Shown: positions 1-15,072, counted from the first letter of the stretch. The stretch is DNA of 64,000 bases from Octopus vulgaris (GCA_951406725.2 OX597822.1:3534001-3598000), one strand, 5' to 3'. The notes: generated by a model not told the origin, from the sequence alone. A program made the numbers and translations.

Positions 1-175
1 TGGAACAATCTCAAGAATAATCTGCCGAAATTGCGAGGATAATCTGGTGGTTGACTGAGGATAGAGGGCTTCGAACGACCCGTCCTTGTTTTCTTTGTAT
101 CGTCTACCTGGTTGTTTTGTTGTCCCTTTTTGTATCACCTAGCTGACCGGATGTTCAAGATCATGTTCACTGTCG
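1..175. repeat. Partial dispersed repeat, related to 32870-33378
   Basis: Shares ordered motifs (atctgcc(c)gaaat, ttgact, gacccgtc, tgtatcgtcta) with 33220-33335; truncated by the window edge. Confidence 0.4.
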
Positions 176-557
176 AATGACTGAAAGAAATGACAGAAAA
201 ATCTAAAGAGAAAATACATATGTACGTATCTATGCACATAATCAGACACACGCAGGCAAGCACACACGCATGCGCGCTCGCCTGCACGTACTCATGCGCG
301 TACACTTATCTTTTTCTTCCCACTAGTCACAAGACTACAGCCAGGCTGGGACACGATTGCGAGAAGTTCTGTCAGGGAAATTGACCCCAGTAAGCAAACC
401 TTTAAAAATCTGGCATATATTCTATCAATCTCTTAAACCGAACCGTCAAGTTACGGGAATTTAGGCAAATCATCACTAGTTTTCAAATGAGATGTAGAGA
501 AAATGCAAACAGAAAGACATACACACACATATTGGCATATACACACACATATATATA

Positions 558-701
558 TACTCTTTTACTCTTTTACTTGTTTCAGTCATTTGACTGCGGC
601 CATGCTGGAGCACCGCCTTTAATCAAGCAAATCGACCCCGGGACTTATTTTCTGTAAGCCCAGTACTTATTCTATCGGTCTCTTTTGCCGAACCGCTAAG
701 T
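558..701 (-). mobile_element. SINE family A, 3' fragment
   Basis: (tcttttac)n tail followed by ttgtttcagtcatttgactgcggccatgctggagcaccgcc...ttttgccgaaccgctaagt, matching copies at 716, 10624 and 56241. Confidence 0.85.
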
Positions 702-715
702 GTATGGTATTCATT

Positions 716-1200
716 TATTCTTTTATTCTTTATTCTTTCACTTGTTTCTCTCATTTGACAGTGGACATGCTGGAGCACCGCCTTTACTCGAACAAATCGA
801 CACAAGGACTTAATCTTTTTAAGTATTAGTACTTATTCTATCGGTCTTTTTGCCGAATCGATAAGTTACGGGGACGTAAACACACCAGCATTGGTTGTCA
901 GGCGATGTTGGGAGGACAAACAACACACACACAAACATATACACACACATACATATATCTATATTTATATCTATATCTATCTATCTATCTATCTATCTAA
1001 ATATATATCTATATACATATATATATACATACATACATACATACATACATACGTACATACGTATATATTTATACGATGGGCTTCTTTCAGTTTCTGTCTA
1101 TCAGATCCATCCACAAGGCTTTGGTCGGCCCGAGGCTATAGTAGAAGACACCCAAGGAACCATGTGGTTGGTAAGCAAGCTACCTACCGCAGAGCCACTT
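716..1200 (-). mobile_element. SINE family A (tRNA-like head, internal microsatellite), near full length
   Basis: Collinear with 56241-56677 and the reverse complement of 10624-10950; internal (CA)/(TATC)/(TACA) tract at ~925-1070. Confidence 0.85.
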
Positions 1201-1215
1201 CTGTGCGTGTTTATG

Positions 1216-1216
<1 letters not shown>

Positions 1217-1262
<46 letters not shown>

Positions 1263-1361
1263 TGTGTGTGTGCATATCCGTGTGTATATATATATATGTA
1301 TATATATATATATGTGGGGGGGGGGTGCGTGTTTGCGTGTGTGTGTGAATATCCGTGTGTG

Positions 1362-1440
<79 letters not shown>
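1217..1440. repeat. (TA)n/(TG)n compound microsatellite
   Basis: Read directly from the sequence. Confidence 0.95.
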
Positions 1441-1443
<3 letters not shown>

Positions 1444-2229
1444 TGTATTGACGTTGATTCGCAAATCTCCAAAACAATGTTGCTTTAATCTCGTTTGACT
1501 TTTAGGAGCATAAGAGAAGATAGAACCCCTGTAATTGTTGGTATAGAATGCGAGGAACCTATACATCTGAACGGAAATGTATTCACATTTCACTGTGTTG
1601 AGAAACAATACTTTTCAAAACTTCCAATATCCCTGGAGGTTCCCTAGTGCTACTTTTGTGCTCATTTCACGTTTCAGTTTTTGTCTTCAAAAACGTGACC
1701 AACTCTCAAGATCTTCCGGACCACCTTATGTCTTCGAAGCTAAAATTTCCGTGTTTGACATTCGCAATATATCTTCGAAATGTTGATTCACATACAAGCG
1801 CCCGAGCATCCTTCAAATTACACTTCACAAATGGTTTTATAGTTTCTGCGGCGCTTCGCTCTTTTTAAAGGAGAAAGCTTTACTACCTGCAAGTGCAACT
1901 TTTAGTTATCTACATTAGACCTTGATGAAAGATGACAAATTTAAGAGATACACTGATTTATTTTTTTTTATTTTGTGAGATGTAACTTGAACGCTACCAG
2001 CTTACGAGCGATGGTCCATATATCAGTCATACTGACATTATAGGAAAGCATATAAACACACTGCGGTTGAAATATCACTTCGAACTCTGTGAACGACCCA
2101 TAGTTTGTATCTTCTCAAATTTTGGATGGAGACACTGGTATGTATACAACTATCTGTAACACCCTCATAATAGCCATCACTATATTTCTCTTTCCCTTTC
2201 TTCTCTTTGTCCTCTCTCACTTTCCCCCT

Positions 2230-3160
<931 letters not shown>

Positions 3161-3697
3161 TAGCCAGCTCCATTCACTTTCGTTTATTTCTTAACATAAT
3201 TTAGTGTAAAGTGTCATAACCTTTCATAGCACATCTGCGATCTTGTCACTGATAGCATTCCACTTCATCTTTTGGCCTGTTTCCATTAACCTCGAGAGAG
3301 TTCTTTCCTTCTTTTTTTCATTTTCTTAATTACATTTCTCATTATGCATAGAAATGGTTAAAACTCATTGGCATGTGCTTCTCATATATAAAATACCTTC
3401 GTATACTTTGGACCAGCTGTCCCTAGACAGACGTGTCTTATATAGCGTATTTCTTTGCTCCAGTCGACTAACGTTACGTTATATTTCCGTTTATCCAATC
3501 CATTATCTAACTAATTAATTATTACTCTTGTGTCTCTGGTAATAGTTTATATTTGGGTAACGTATACTAGATGTTGATGCTGTTATTGTTGTAACTGATG
3601 CAGACTCAGTTACTAATTTCTTTGCTTTTATATCTCTCACCAACATTCCATTTCTTTTTCGGCTTTATTATATTCATTTATCTTCTTTATTAGAACT

Positions 3698-4710
3698 AAG
3701 GGGGCGAGCTAGCAGAGTATGCACGTCGGACAAATTGCTTAGAGGCATTTCTTCGTTCTGAGTTCAAATCCGGGCAAAGTCAATTTTAATTTTTAACTAT
3801 TCGGGACTGATAAAATAAGTTGGGTACTGGTGTCGATGTAATCGATTAACCTTCTCCTGTAAAATTTCTGGCATTGTGTTTATAGCATTAAGGATTGATC
3901 GTTATTACGCCGGGCAAAACGCACGGCAGGTTTTCGTCCTTCTTAACGGTTTGACTTCAAATTCCGCCGAGGTCCACATAACCTGCCATACATTTCGGAT
4001 CGATAAAATAAGTAACATTTGAGCACTGGTCTCGGGTCGATAAAATCGATTAGTCCCTTCTCCCAAAATTTCAGGCCTCGTTCCTATAGCAGACCGAATT
4101 ATTATTAAGGCGACGAACGGACAGAATCGTTGGAGAAGCGGACAAATTATTTGCGGCATTATTCCCGGCCTTACGTTCTAAGTTTCAAATTTTGCCGAGG
4201 CATACTTTGCCTTTCACCCTTTTGTGGTCGAGCGATGGGGCTAATGTAATCTCTCCTATAATTTTAGTCCTTGTGCCTATAGGAGAAATAATTATCCTCA
4301 TTATTACTATATCGGAGTCGCTAGTGTCTTGAGAATCATAAGTTCGAACGTAGTCGATATCATCTTTTCCTGTTATGCCTCCAAAATAGATGAATGAGAA
4401 AACCAAGTACTGAAAATACCAAGTACTGAAGTTCATGATATCCACAATCCGTCCTTGTACTTATCTTAGAAACAAGAGACAGACTTATTACTAGTATTTC
4501 TATTGTTCGTTGTGATTCCTGTCATCTGTTATGTAAATTGAATTAATCGTTACAGCGTCAGTTAAAATGCCTTGCGTTATTTCTTCCGGCTCTTTACCTT
4601 TTGGGTTCAAATCCGGCCGACGGCAACTATGCCAGTCATCTTCCTGTGGTCGATAAAATAAAGTGATAATGAAATTTTGGAGTTGATTCATTCGACTAAC
4701 CCACCCATTC
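3698..4710 (+). mobile_element. Head-to-tail cluster of ~4-5 degenerate SINE family C copies
   Basis: Recurrent gttcaaat(t)ccgccgaggtc...ggtcgataaaataagta motifs near 3760, 3955, 4185 and 4605, similar to the more intact copy at 17526. Confidence 0.7.
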
Positions 4711-5367
4711 GCGGTGTCTTGAACGCACTTGTTAAATATTTGCTGACCTCGTATTTATATCAAGGCCGAACCATGTTGGGATCGATAGCAACAGTGTTGC
4801 GGTTTTTATAGCAAAAGTACATAAAATAAGCATTTCTAAACCACCCCATCTTTAAGTTAGCGGATACGCTCGAGGAAGTTGCTTCGTGATTTCATTAAAA
4901 AAATTTCAGTTGTTCATCCTGAAGTATTGTTTAGCTCCCAGTGGGCAGATCTTTCCAGCCCTGCATATCATGTTACATTATTAGGAAGCTGTGCCTTTGA
5001 CACCTTTAGCTAGTGTATCTTACTCCTTTTTTTTTGAGCAGTAAATTGTAATTCGAGGGACATTTCTTCGATGCGGCTTTACTGAAATACAGTTTTGCAG
5101 CTCCTTTTCAAACTATCGTTTTCATTGGTTGACTGACAACTGACGTCATCATTTCTAAAGCTCTGATATCGTCAATCGAATGACTACCAACGTCCTCTTT
5201 TGTCAAAATTTACTTTAGTTGACCGGGAAAAATGAGAAGAGAATTTACCGGATGTACATTGTCAGATGTCGGATAATAATGAATATGTTTTGACAGGAGA
5301 TTTTAAAATATATTGTCTGTTTACTTGTTTTATTAGTCTCTCTCAGCAAGACACCGCCACTTCCCAG

Positions 5368-5590
5368 AGTGAGTGGGTAACGGAGGGAGGAATGGAGGGA
5401 GGTATGGAGGGAGAGAGGGAGAGAAGGAGTGATGGGGAGACGGTGGGAGGTGTCAGTGAGTAAGTGATTGAATGAGTGAGGGAGGGAGAGAAGAGGAAGA
5501 GAGGAAGTGAGTGCGTGAGTGCGTGAGTGAGTGAGTGACGAAATGAGTGAGTGAGAGTGAATGAGAGAGTGAGTGATGTGTGTGAGTGGG
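5368..5590. repeat. Purine-rich (GAGG)n/(GAGT)n low-complexity tract
   Basis: Read directly from the sequence. Confidence 0.85.
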
Positions 5591-6497
5591 TGAAAGAAAG
5601 ACAAAGAGAGAGTATTGTGTATTTATGCGTGTGTACATGTGTCAGATGTAACGGTACATAGCTTATATGTTTTCTAAATGCTTAAAAATCTTCTTCCATG
5701 ATGGGAGAAATTTTGAACTCTTTTAAAAATGATGTTAGCGGTGAAGTAAAGTTACGTGGCTCAGTGGAGAGGGTGTTGGGCTTACGATCGCCAGACCATG
5801 GTTTCACATCCCGAGCTTTGGCAGAGTTACTGAGCAATACCCTTTCTTATCCGTTGCTGTTGTACATTTGCACAAATAGATCCCAGTTTTTAAAGCCCGG
5901 TAAGTATTCTATCATTATTTTTTGCCAAACAGCTAAGTCATCCCCTCGCCCGAAATGGCTGGCCTTGTGGCGAAATTCGAAATCAATATCATGTTGCTTA
6001 ATCTTGCACGGATATTAAGATTGTTTATCAGAGTTGACCGTAGAAGACTATAATACTTTCTTCTACATAATTAATCAGGGTATTCATATGTTTTGTCGTG
6101 TTTTATAATCTTTAGAATCTTTCTGTGCAAAAGTCGGTTAACTTTCGAACGTTTTATATTAAATATAACGGATAAAGTAAAACGAAATACAATAATAGAA
6201 GTTAAAAGGAATCAGTGACTGTCAACGTTTGGATATGTGTAAGTATATGTGGTAAGTCTAGCTATGAACAGGGGTTTGTCTGTATGTATGTGTGCGTGTC
6301 TGTGTTATTTCGTAGTCTTTCTCAATTCCTGTCTTCTGTCGTGAAAACGTTCAATTTAATCATTTTAAGCAAATATTGGTTTCAAATCCTGGAACAAGGC
6401 CAGCAATTTCCAAGGGAGTAGTCGACTACGTCAACTCCAGTGCTCGACTTGTAGTTATTTTCTCGACCTCGAAAGTATGAAAGACAAAACCAACCTC

Positions 6498-6583
6498 GGG
6501 CATATGGCGTAGTGGTCAAACGCGCGGGCTACTAACCCCAAGATTCCGAGTTCGATTCCAGGCGATGACTTGAATAATAATAA

Positions 6584-6644
<61 letters not shown>

Positions 6645-6782
6645 TTCAACATCGAAAAATGCCTTAGGAATGAGAACCCAGGTTCGAAATTTCTCCAAGA
6701 CGACTAATGAAGGCTGGAGGGTATATCAGCCGAAACGTTGTGTTAACAACAGTGACGAGGAAAAATATCCGACAAATGTATA
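6498..6782 (+). mobile_element. SINE-like element D: tRNA-like head + (AAT)n + PLE-type tail with hammerhead-like core
   Basis: A box tggcgtagtgg 6505-6515, B box gagttcgattcc 6548-6559, (AAT)n 6573-6643; tail homologous to 58116-58323; abuts a truncated minus-strand family C SINE. Confidence 0.8.
6698..6744 (+). ncRNA. Hammerhead ribozyme-like motif (degenerate type I, palindromic stem III)
   Basis: ctaatga + A + stem II ggctg/cagcc + gaaac + gtt; one substitution from CUGAUGA, and the sister copy at 58233 differs at another position. Confidence 0.6.
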
Positions 6783-7039
6783 TGGATTTTATCACATATC
6801 TAGGTATGTAACTTGACACCAGGAAGATGTCCCTGACCCACAACACAGCTTTGTTTTGCAAACTCAAGGATTGCATGTAGGTTTCGAACTCACTCACTTT
6901 TCGTAAACATGGTATGGCTCGCGAACGCACCTTTATGAAGAGCATCATGCACATGCAAAACGAAATAACACATAAACACTCACCCTCCCCACTTACTCAT
7001 TGGGTATAAAAGGCACCCAAATTTACCAGCCTGTCTTTC

Positions 7040-8023
7040 GTTTCCCGAACGCAGCAAGCTTGCCAAGACTGACACGAAATCAGAGGGAGTAAGCCATTGC
7101 AAGTCTCCATGCTGGTCAACGTCGATGGGTCATTGCTAAGGACTTGAATTGCAATATTTGGACAGCGGAGCGGCAGAGGGAACGATACAATGTCACAAAC
7201 AGAACGGATGATCGCGCGCACAGTGGCCGATCGAGGGTTACAATGGCACGTCAAGATCACCACCTGCACCAACAGCACTTGCAGGACCGATTCTGGAGGG
7301 CAATGGAATCAACTAGGTAGACCATAAGAACTCACCACAGACCCATTTGTGCAGAGACATTTCGCCGTCGGTTGAGATTTTTCAGTCTTGTCGACGTCCG
7401 GTTAGGGGACCCATCTTCACAGATCGTCATCGACGGGCACGTCTGCAGTGGGCTCGAAAATGTCAGAACTGACGAAATCAGCAGTGAAGGACTGTAGTCT
7501 TCTCTGACGAAAGTTGATATTGCATTTCTGTGGCAGATGGCAGAGCTAGGGTTTGGAGAAGAAGGGGTGAGCGTCATGCCGATGGCTGTGTGGTGGAGAG
7601 AGATTCATGGTGAGGAAAGAGCATCATGAAATGGAGCGGGATTTTACTCAACCAGAACATCGGCCAAGGCCGGAGCAATGGTGTAACTGCTGTTTGCTAC
7701 ATCGACCAAGTTTTGAGGCCTCACATTGTGTTATACTTTGCCAGTCATCGAAATCATGTGTTCCAACACAACAACGCCCGTTCCGATACTGCCATGTTGA
7801 CAACAGACTTCCTCCAAAAGCACAACATTCAGACACTGCTATGGCCAGCCCTAAGTCCGGGCTTGAATCCCATATAGCACATGTGGGATGAAATCTACAG
7901 AAGGCTAAATGACATCCGTCCAAGGCCGACAACTGAGGCACAACTCATCAATGGTTTGGCGCATTTAATGTACAGAAGATACCTGGAGGTAATCAACACT
8001 AACGGTGACCACACGTGATATTA
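7040..8023 (+). pseudogene. Tc1-family (DD34E-type) transposase relic
   Basis: Broken frames give VFSDE, ADGRARVWRRRGER, YIDQVLRPHIV, FQHNNAR, WPALSPGLNPI*HMWDEI. Confidence 0.9.
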
Positions 8024-8439
8024 AGTTCCTTTCTTTGAATCCAGGACACTCCGTTATCACGTGACACCATGTGACGTCAAATATGTTTCAGGAAATGACG
8101 TTTTATCATTAAGAAAAGAACGGTTTCTTAATTAGCACTCTTCAATCAATGCTATGGCAGTCTGTTAATAGAGGGGTTTCTATTTAGTACGCGAGCGACG
8201 TTTCTTTAAAGGTGCTATGATGTAATTAAAACAATAGTTATTTCGTGACATTGAATTAAATTTTCTCAATTTTGGTTTCACAAAACCTTCCATGATTGAT
8301 TTCACGTTTCCTCCCTTCGTCGCACAAACAACTCATAAGTAAATAGACACCATGTGGTGCTATAAGTTTGTTAATGTGTTGTTTGTTTTCGATTCAGACT
8401 ACAGTAGATTCATCGTTCATACTAATTAGCCAGTCCTTG

Positions 8440-8620
8440 AACACCAGAAAGAAAAGAGTTGTCTGAATTTCAGAAAGGGCGCATTTTGGGTGAATTTGAG
8501 GGTGGAATTAGCCAATGTAAAATTGCACAAAATCATGAGAATCCTCTCGTCACAATCACAGATTCAATCAGCAAAGGAAAGGATAGGAATCAAACGCATC
8601 ACGAGCAGGTTGACCTGGGC
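8440..8620 (+). pseudogene. Tc1-like transposase N-terminal HTH fragment
   Basis: LSEFQKGRILGEFEGGISQCKIAQ resembles the Tc1 N-terminus (LS.F.RG.I.G....G.S...IA). Confidence 0.6.
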
Positions 8621-9514
8621 CTTCTGCACAACATGGTATTTTCAACATGTGTGCAGTCTGTGCAGAAATTCCATGAGACAATTTCAGTACTTATTATTTA
8701 CTACAATGCCCTCAAAATCAAATCATTAAAATCTGCACAAAGCATGTCTGCTAAAAGGTATATTAAATATTTCAATACATCAAAGCCCATCATTTCGGTT
8801 CTAGAAATAAATCTTTTAAGAATGGTGGTGTCTATTTTTAGGATGCTTATGTACATCAGTCACGATTTCATCGACTACAGGTATCACTTTGTAAGAGTGT
8901 GGCCACGCATTAATAAAAGAATATTTGAAAAAAGAATTTCAACTCAGTATATCATGTAACAGTTGGTCAGCTAATAAGAGGTATAAGTTGTCCTCATCTA
9001 GATGTCAAGCTAAATTAACGAATAATTGTTTTTAATTTAGGCACAAGGCCAGCAATTTTGGTGGGAAGGGTTTCAATACATTTCTGGAAGAGTAAAAGCA
9101 AATGTAACAGACGTCGGTGAAATTTGAAACTGAAACGTGAAATGACGGAAAGAGCTTTCACCCGATGACCAAACGATTCTACCACCCTATCAAGAGGTAC
9201 AAGTTGTAATGTTATAAAGAGTTAGACGCACATACATACAAACACACACATATTTATACACACCGACACACACACACACCGACACACACATGATTGTATG
9301 TATATATGTATGCACGTAAGTATGTATGTATATTATAAAATTTAGCAACATCCTAGAATATTCCGTGTACAAAATGTCTGCAGAGGTCATCTATACTTCC
9401 TTTTTTTTTTTCGTATCCTAACGGCGTTATTCAAATATATATGTCTTATGTAATGGAGCCAATTCAATTCTCTTCTTTTATAAAATTTATCTTTTCTTTT
9501 TCTGCTATGAAAAA

Positions 9515-9730
9515 AGATCATTATCATCATCAGTCATCTTTATACACAACATAATCATCAGCATCATTATCATCATTTTCTTTTCATCCCCGTCATTGTT
9601 GCCGCCATCGTTGACGTCGTAGTCATTATCCTCCTCCTCATCATCATCATAACTTCCACCACCACTAACAACAACCACATCATCATCCTCATGATCATCA
9701 TCCTCATCATCATGTTGATGAACATCATGG
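9515..9730. repeat. Degenerate (CAT)n/(CCT)n trinucleotide region
   Basis: Read directly from the sequence. Confidence 0.85.
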
Positions 9731-10565
9731 CTAATTTTAACGACGAAATGCTCCTTCATTGTCTTGCAACACATTGACGTCACATTTTGTCCAATATATC
9801 TTTTTTTCGATCTACTTTTAGTGGACAGTTATGTAAGAAATCAATATAGTAAACACATTTTGATGGTAATTTACAATAGACGAATCTATCTAATGGTCAA
9901 TCTTATTGCCAGGGGGTTTTGTGTATTAGAATTGTATTCATTCACATCAAAATTTACAGTAATATTTTCAAACAAACGGCTAATCAAGGATGTCACTTGT
10001 ATACCGAATATTGGCAATGTTTTTAGACAATTTGTTTCAACAGTCAATATTACAATATGAGATATCAGTACATATGATATCACTATATAGCGATAGCACT
10101 ATAGATAATACCCTTATATAATATTCTATAATGGTGGTGGATCTCCGTCGTACGACGCGGAGTATTCAGTGGTTAGACCATGTGAGTTTATTTCCCTCGA
10201 ATCTTCCTGTAAGTGGCTGAGAATGCCACAGACGCGTGTCTACTTCATGTAGTTCTAGGGCAGAATTAGCGTCTATGTTTGTGAGCACGCCTCTGTGAGT
10301 GTGGTGGTGGGTGGGAGTGTGATTGGAGAGGATGTTGAAGCTACAGGTGAGTACCACAAAGATTTCTTCTTTGATTTTACAAATTATTAACATACTCAGG
10401 TTTTAAACAATTTTTTGGTATATACCATTCATATTTTACCAGACAAGCATGCACACAGACGGCCGCATATATGTAATTTCACAGACATACACACATATAT
10501 ATGTATATATATATATGTTCATTTATGTATCTAAGTGAAAACGTTTGTTATTTTTCATGTTCATG

Positions 10566-10623
<58 letters not shown>

Positions 10624-10626
<3 letters not shown>

Positions 10627-10950
10627 CGCATGAGTGGCTGCGTTGTACATAACTTGCTTACCAACCACATGGTTCCAGCTTCAACCTTGGACAAGTGTCT
10701 TCTACTATAGACTCCGGTCGACCAATGCCTTGTGATTGGATTTGGTAGACGGAAACTGAAAGAAGCGTATCGTAAATATATATATGTGTGTGTATTTTGC
10801 TGTGTTTATGTTGGTTTGTTCGGCAAAAGAGACCGAGAGAATAAGTACCGGGCTTACGTAGAATAAGACCTGGGGTTGATTTGTTCGACTAGAGGCGGTG
10901 CTCCAGCATGGCCGCAGTCAAATAAGTGAGACAAATAAAGCCATAAGAGA
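10624..10950 (+). mobile_element. SINE family A copy flanked by (TA)n
   Basis: gagtggctg...cttgcttaccaaccacatggttcc...ggtagacggaaactgaaagaag...ggcggtgctccagcatggccgcagtcaaa. Confidence 0.85.
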
Positions 10951-10957
10951 ATATATG

Positions 10958-11007
<50 letters not shown>

Positions 11008-11008
<1 letters not shown>

Positions 11009-11301
11009 AGGCGCAATGGCCCAGTGGTTAGGGCAGCGGACTCGCGGTCGTAGGATTGCGTTTTCGATTTCCAGGCCGGGCGTTGTGTGTGTTTATTGAG
11101 CTAAAACACCTAAAAGCTCCACGAGGTTCCGGCAGGGGGGTGGTGATCCCTGCTGTACTCTTTCACCACTCTTCATCTCACTCTTTCTTAGCCAGCGGGG
11201 TGGCGTCATTCGAAGGCTAAAACAATGCGAACGCATTGTGACTAGCGATGTGTAACAACATCTGATAGCCTGGTCGGTCACGGTGATCACGGTGATATAC
11301 G

Positions 11302-11306
<5 letters not shown>
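11008..11306 (+). mobile_element. SINE family B, tail type 1
   Basis: tRNA-like head gaggcgcaatggcccagtggttagggcagcggactcgcggtcg; ends in (cacggtgat)n then (TA)n; same as 45834 and 55485. Confidence 0.9.
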
Positions 11307-11347
<41 letters not shown>

Positions 11348-11364
11348 TATAGATATGTATCTAT

Positions 11365-11403
<39 letters not shown>

Positions 11404-12927
11404 CATACACACACACACATATATATACACATATATAAGTATGTATTATATATGTATGTATCTATCTATCTATATGAAATATTTGGTATTTTAAATCATT
11501 ACAATTGCTTATACGCATCGTTACACCTGTAGTACTTTTGTCTCGTGTTATAATTAACCCATGGAAGGAGCAAGAAGTGTTTTTTCTTGATGATTACTTA
11601 AAATTTTAAATATGTCCTTCTTAAGATTGTTCTCTCACTTGATTATTTGTAAGAATGAATACTCAATGAATTGTGGATGGAAAATGTCTACTGGGGAAAA
11701 TGTGAGTTGACGATTTTTCACGAACGACCGATATTACCGAACCTATATATTTCACCATGTGAATCTTTTCATTTCTGAAAAGCTTAGAGAAAAACCTACG
11801 TCCTCGATAAGTATTCATATGTTCTAATAATGATAAAATGTGTAGTATCGAAAGTTTCAATAGACAGAGTTTCTATAAGTATATCTTTGCTGATCATAAC
11901 TTAATTTGAAACGATACTCAATCAGATAACTGTACAGTTGGAAAAATTAATTATTAGCTGTGAATAGTTTCACACAAAATAAGATAAAATTCGACAGACA
12001 TGGTTTATATTCAAACCATTTGCAGTATTTGACATTGCATGAATTGGTTTTGTGTTCCTTTGAAGGTGTGGTCATATTGGACGTAGAATATTTGAACTTA
12101 TGTTTATTAATTCTTCAGTTTTGTTGGCACGTGACCACAAACACATGCATAACTATTTCAGCTCAGCCGCAAAATATTTGTGCTAAAAAGTAATACAACT
12201 ACTATGCATTGTTATTATAATTACACTGTGAAGGTGCGTGGCTGATTGGTCACGGCGTTGCACTCGTGATCACGCCGGAGCGGAGTTGGGTCTTTGAGCA
12301 AAGCATCTCATTTCACGTTGGTCTACTTCACTCATTTGGAAACCCATAACACCTGGATGGACTGATGTTGCACTCAGGAATGAATGACGGCCCGTCTGCC
12401 TGAGCTCATTCCATAGGTAAAACTCTGCAAAGAATCCCAGCATTTGATCTCGATGTATAAGAGTATCTGTAGTCTGGTCAATACAGTGTTACAGTGATTA
12501 TATTTAAACTAGACTACTTTCACAATTGTAAATAAATATTTCTTTTCCTTTCCAATTTAGACTGAAGAAAAGTTATTGACCAGAAAGTTTTAATTTAGTT
12601 GCATTCTCCATCGAAGAATGCACACTTATCCTTGTTTCTTAAATTATAGAACGCAGCAATGGCTAAACTTTAGCATTGTTTATCATTAGAATTGACTTAC
12701 AAAGCATTTAAGATAGTGACCACATCTGCTGTTAATGCCTCGTTAATCTGTTAATTGCCTACATTTTCAATGAAAGGAGTATTATGGAAACCAGACAAAC
12801 TGATTGACAGAATTCATAATATATATTGACAATTAAGAATACTAAATGCAATATTGTTACTCTTGTACAGCTGGAGTTTGAATTTTAAGTAGAACTTGAG
12901 GAAAATTTGAAAACAGGAAGGTGAGCC

Positions 12928-13024
<97 letters not shown>

Positions 13025-13145
13025 GAAACAGAGACAGAGAGGAAGAGAGAGAGAGAGATAAAGAAAGCGAAGTTTGGGGAACCTTATATAACCGTCTATC
13101 TCTCCTTCTCACTCTCTCGGTCCCCCTCTTCCCTCTGTATGCATG

Positions 13146-13192
<47 letters not shown>

Positions 13193-13254
13193 TAGATATA
13201 CATGTACGTATATATTTATATGTACATATATATACATATATGCATATTTATGTG

Positions 13255-13286
<32 letters not shown>

Positions 13287-13860
13287 CTGCCACTCACATA
13301 CGCACTCATATATACATCTATATATATATATATATATATATACATATATATAAAAGTCAGGCTGTGTGTGTGTATGTAAACCCGCATCACTTCTGAAGTT
13401 CTCCACATATTTTCTCCAAATTGGGAACATACATCATTTATATTCTAGAATTGGATTTAGACTCTTAAAACGTCTCACATGACGAGTAAGAGGTCCTCTC
13501 GGTGCAGAAAACGCCATTTCATGGTTTATGCGAGGAGAGAGGTAACTCTTTGCGAAGTGACTTTATATCCAGCGCGATTAATCCACAAAACATATTTCTT
13601 ATTTTTAAAGATATTGATATTAATTGACATTTAATTATTAACATTAGGGTGTCATCTGTGTTCACTCTATATATTTGTTAAAATTTGCTAAGATATTGAT
13701 ATTATTTACCATTTTTATCGACATTTCATTATTAACGTGCAATTGTCATCTTACTATATTATTTCTTGACATAATGTCTCCAAAGAGAAGGTCAACCATT
13801 GGTAAAAAAATTGTGATAATCTCAAGTGGCTGTGGGAAAATCAATACTAGTTTTAAAAAA

Positions 13861-14305
13861 AACAGTACTGTAAGTAAAATTAATGAGCTGCTACTGCAGT
13901 ACCTTGTTGGGAGTCCTTACATCTATAAGTCAATTGATACAATCCCAGATCCAGAAGAGGTGGTGGTATATTATCCAACAGAATTTCTCAATTCATTGGA
14001 GCTTCCACGTCTACTTCCCCAGAGACTGGAACTTAAAGTGGGAACTCCAGTAATGTTGTTGAGCAATTTGCATCCGCTGCAGGTGGTAAAGAAGATGATG
14101 TAACATGTTATTGAGGCAACCATTGACTCTGGATGTGGAAAAGGAGAGGATGTTTTCATACCCAGGATTCATCTCATTCCATTATGAGGAGAAATTGCTT
14201 TTTCATTCAGAAGAGTGTAATTTCCTATTCGTATCAGCTTCGCAATGTCTATCAATAAATCCCAGGCTCAAACACTGCCTGTGGTAGGACTTCACTTGGA
14301 AGTAT
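13861..14305 (+). pseudogene. Helitron RepHel C-terminal Pif1-type helicase fragment
   Basis: YKSIDT...YPTEFLNSLELPRLLPQRLELKVGTPVMLLSNL, then VIEATI..G.GKGEDVFIPRI and FPIRISFAMSINKSQAQTL, with stop codons. Confidence 0.92.
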
Positions 14306-15072
14306 CAGGCTTCTCATACGTGAAATTAGATGTTGGCCACTTCTTGAGTGGGGCGCAAAAAAGTCTATTTGCATTTGTTCTACAAGGGAAAGCAAAAAAT
14401 ATTCTTTATCGAGAGGTTTTGTAGGAATTACTATAATCCTACGATACGCGCCGGCATCCACTGCTCTTCGTGAATGGTGAAGATGGATACCATTTCTGCA
14501 TTCCTAACCCTAACTTGATGATTGCACCAACAAAGCAGCTTCCTGCCTTCAGTACCAAAGCATATTCTCCAATTTCTTCCACCAACCACGCAGTAAACCA
14601 TTGCGTCTTATTTTTCAAGTAATTCATAAATACATATTCTCACGTGACTCCATAGGTTCAGTTTCTGTTTCTTATTCTACAGCTGCACCAGTAATCCAAT
14701 CTCAAACTTTCACCTTCTGCAACATTTCAACTGTTCACTTCCCTGTTGCCGTCTCCCATTGCAGCTCCTTTCCGAAATCTACTCATTTACGTACAATATC
14801 TCCACTACACCTATATTGATTCGACTGTCAACCATACGATCATGTTAGATGCAGCGCCGACTGTCGCAAAGGAGAGTATATCCACTGACAGCTTTCCAGT
14901 ACGTTCAAAAATCACACACCTCCAATTTTCTATGACAGGTTAGGGCCCGGATTCCTCCAAACGGACGCATGGCATGTCATTTAGTCGAATTAGCACATCA
15001 CTTACTCCACAAATGTTTTGTCGTCAATGCTGCACTTTCCCGTACTACATGTTTCAATATAACTGCAATATA

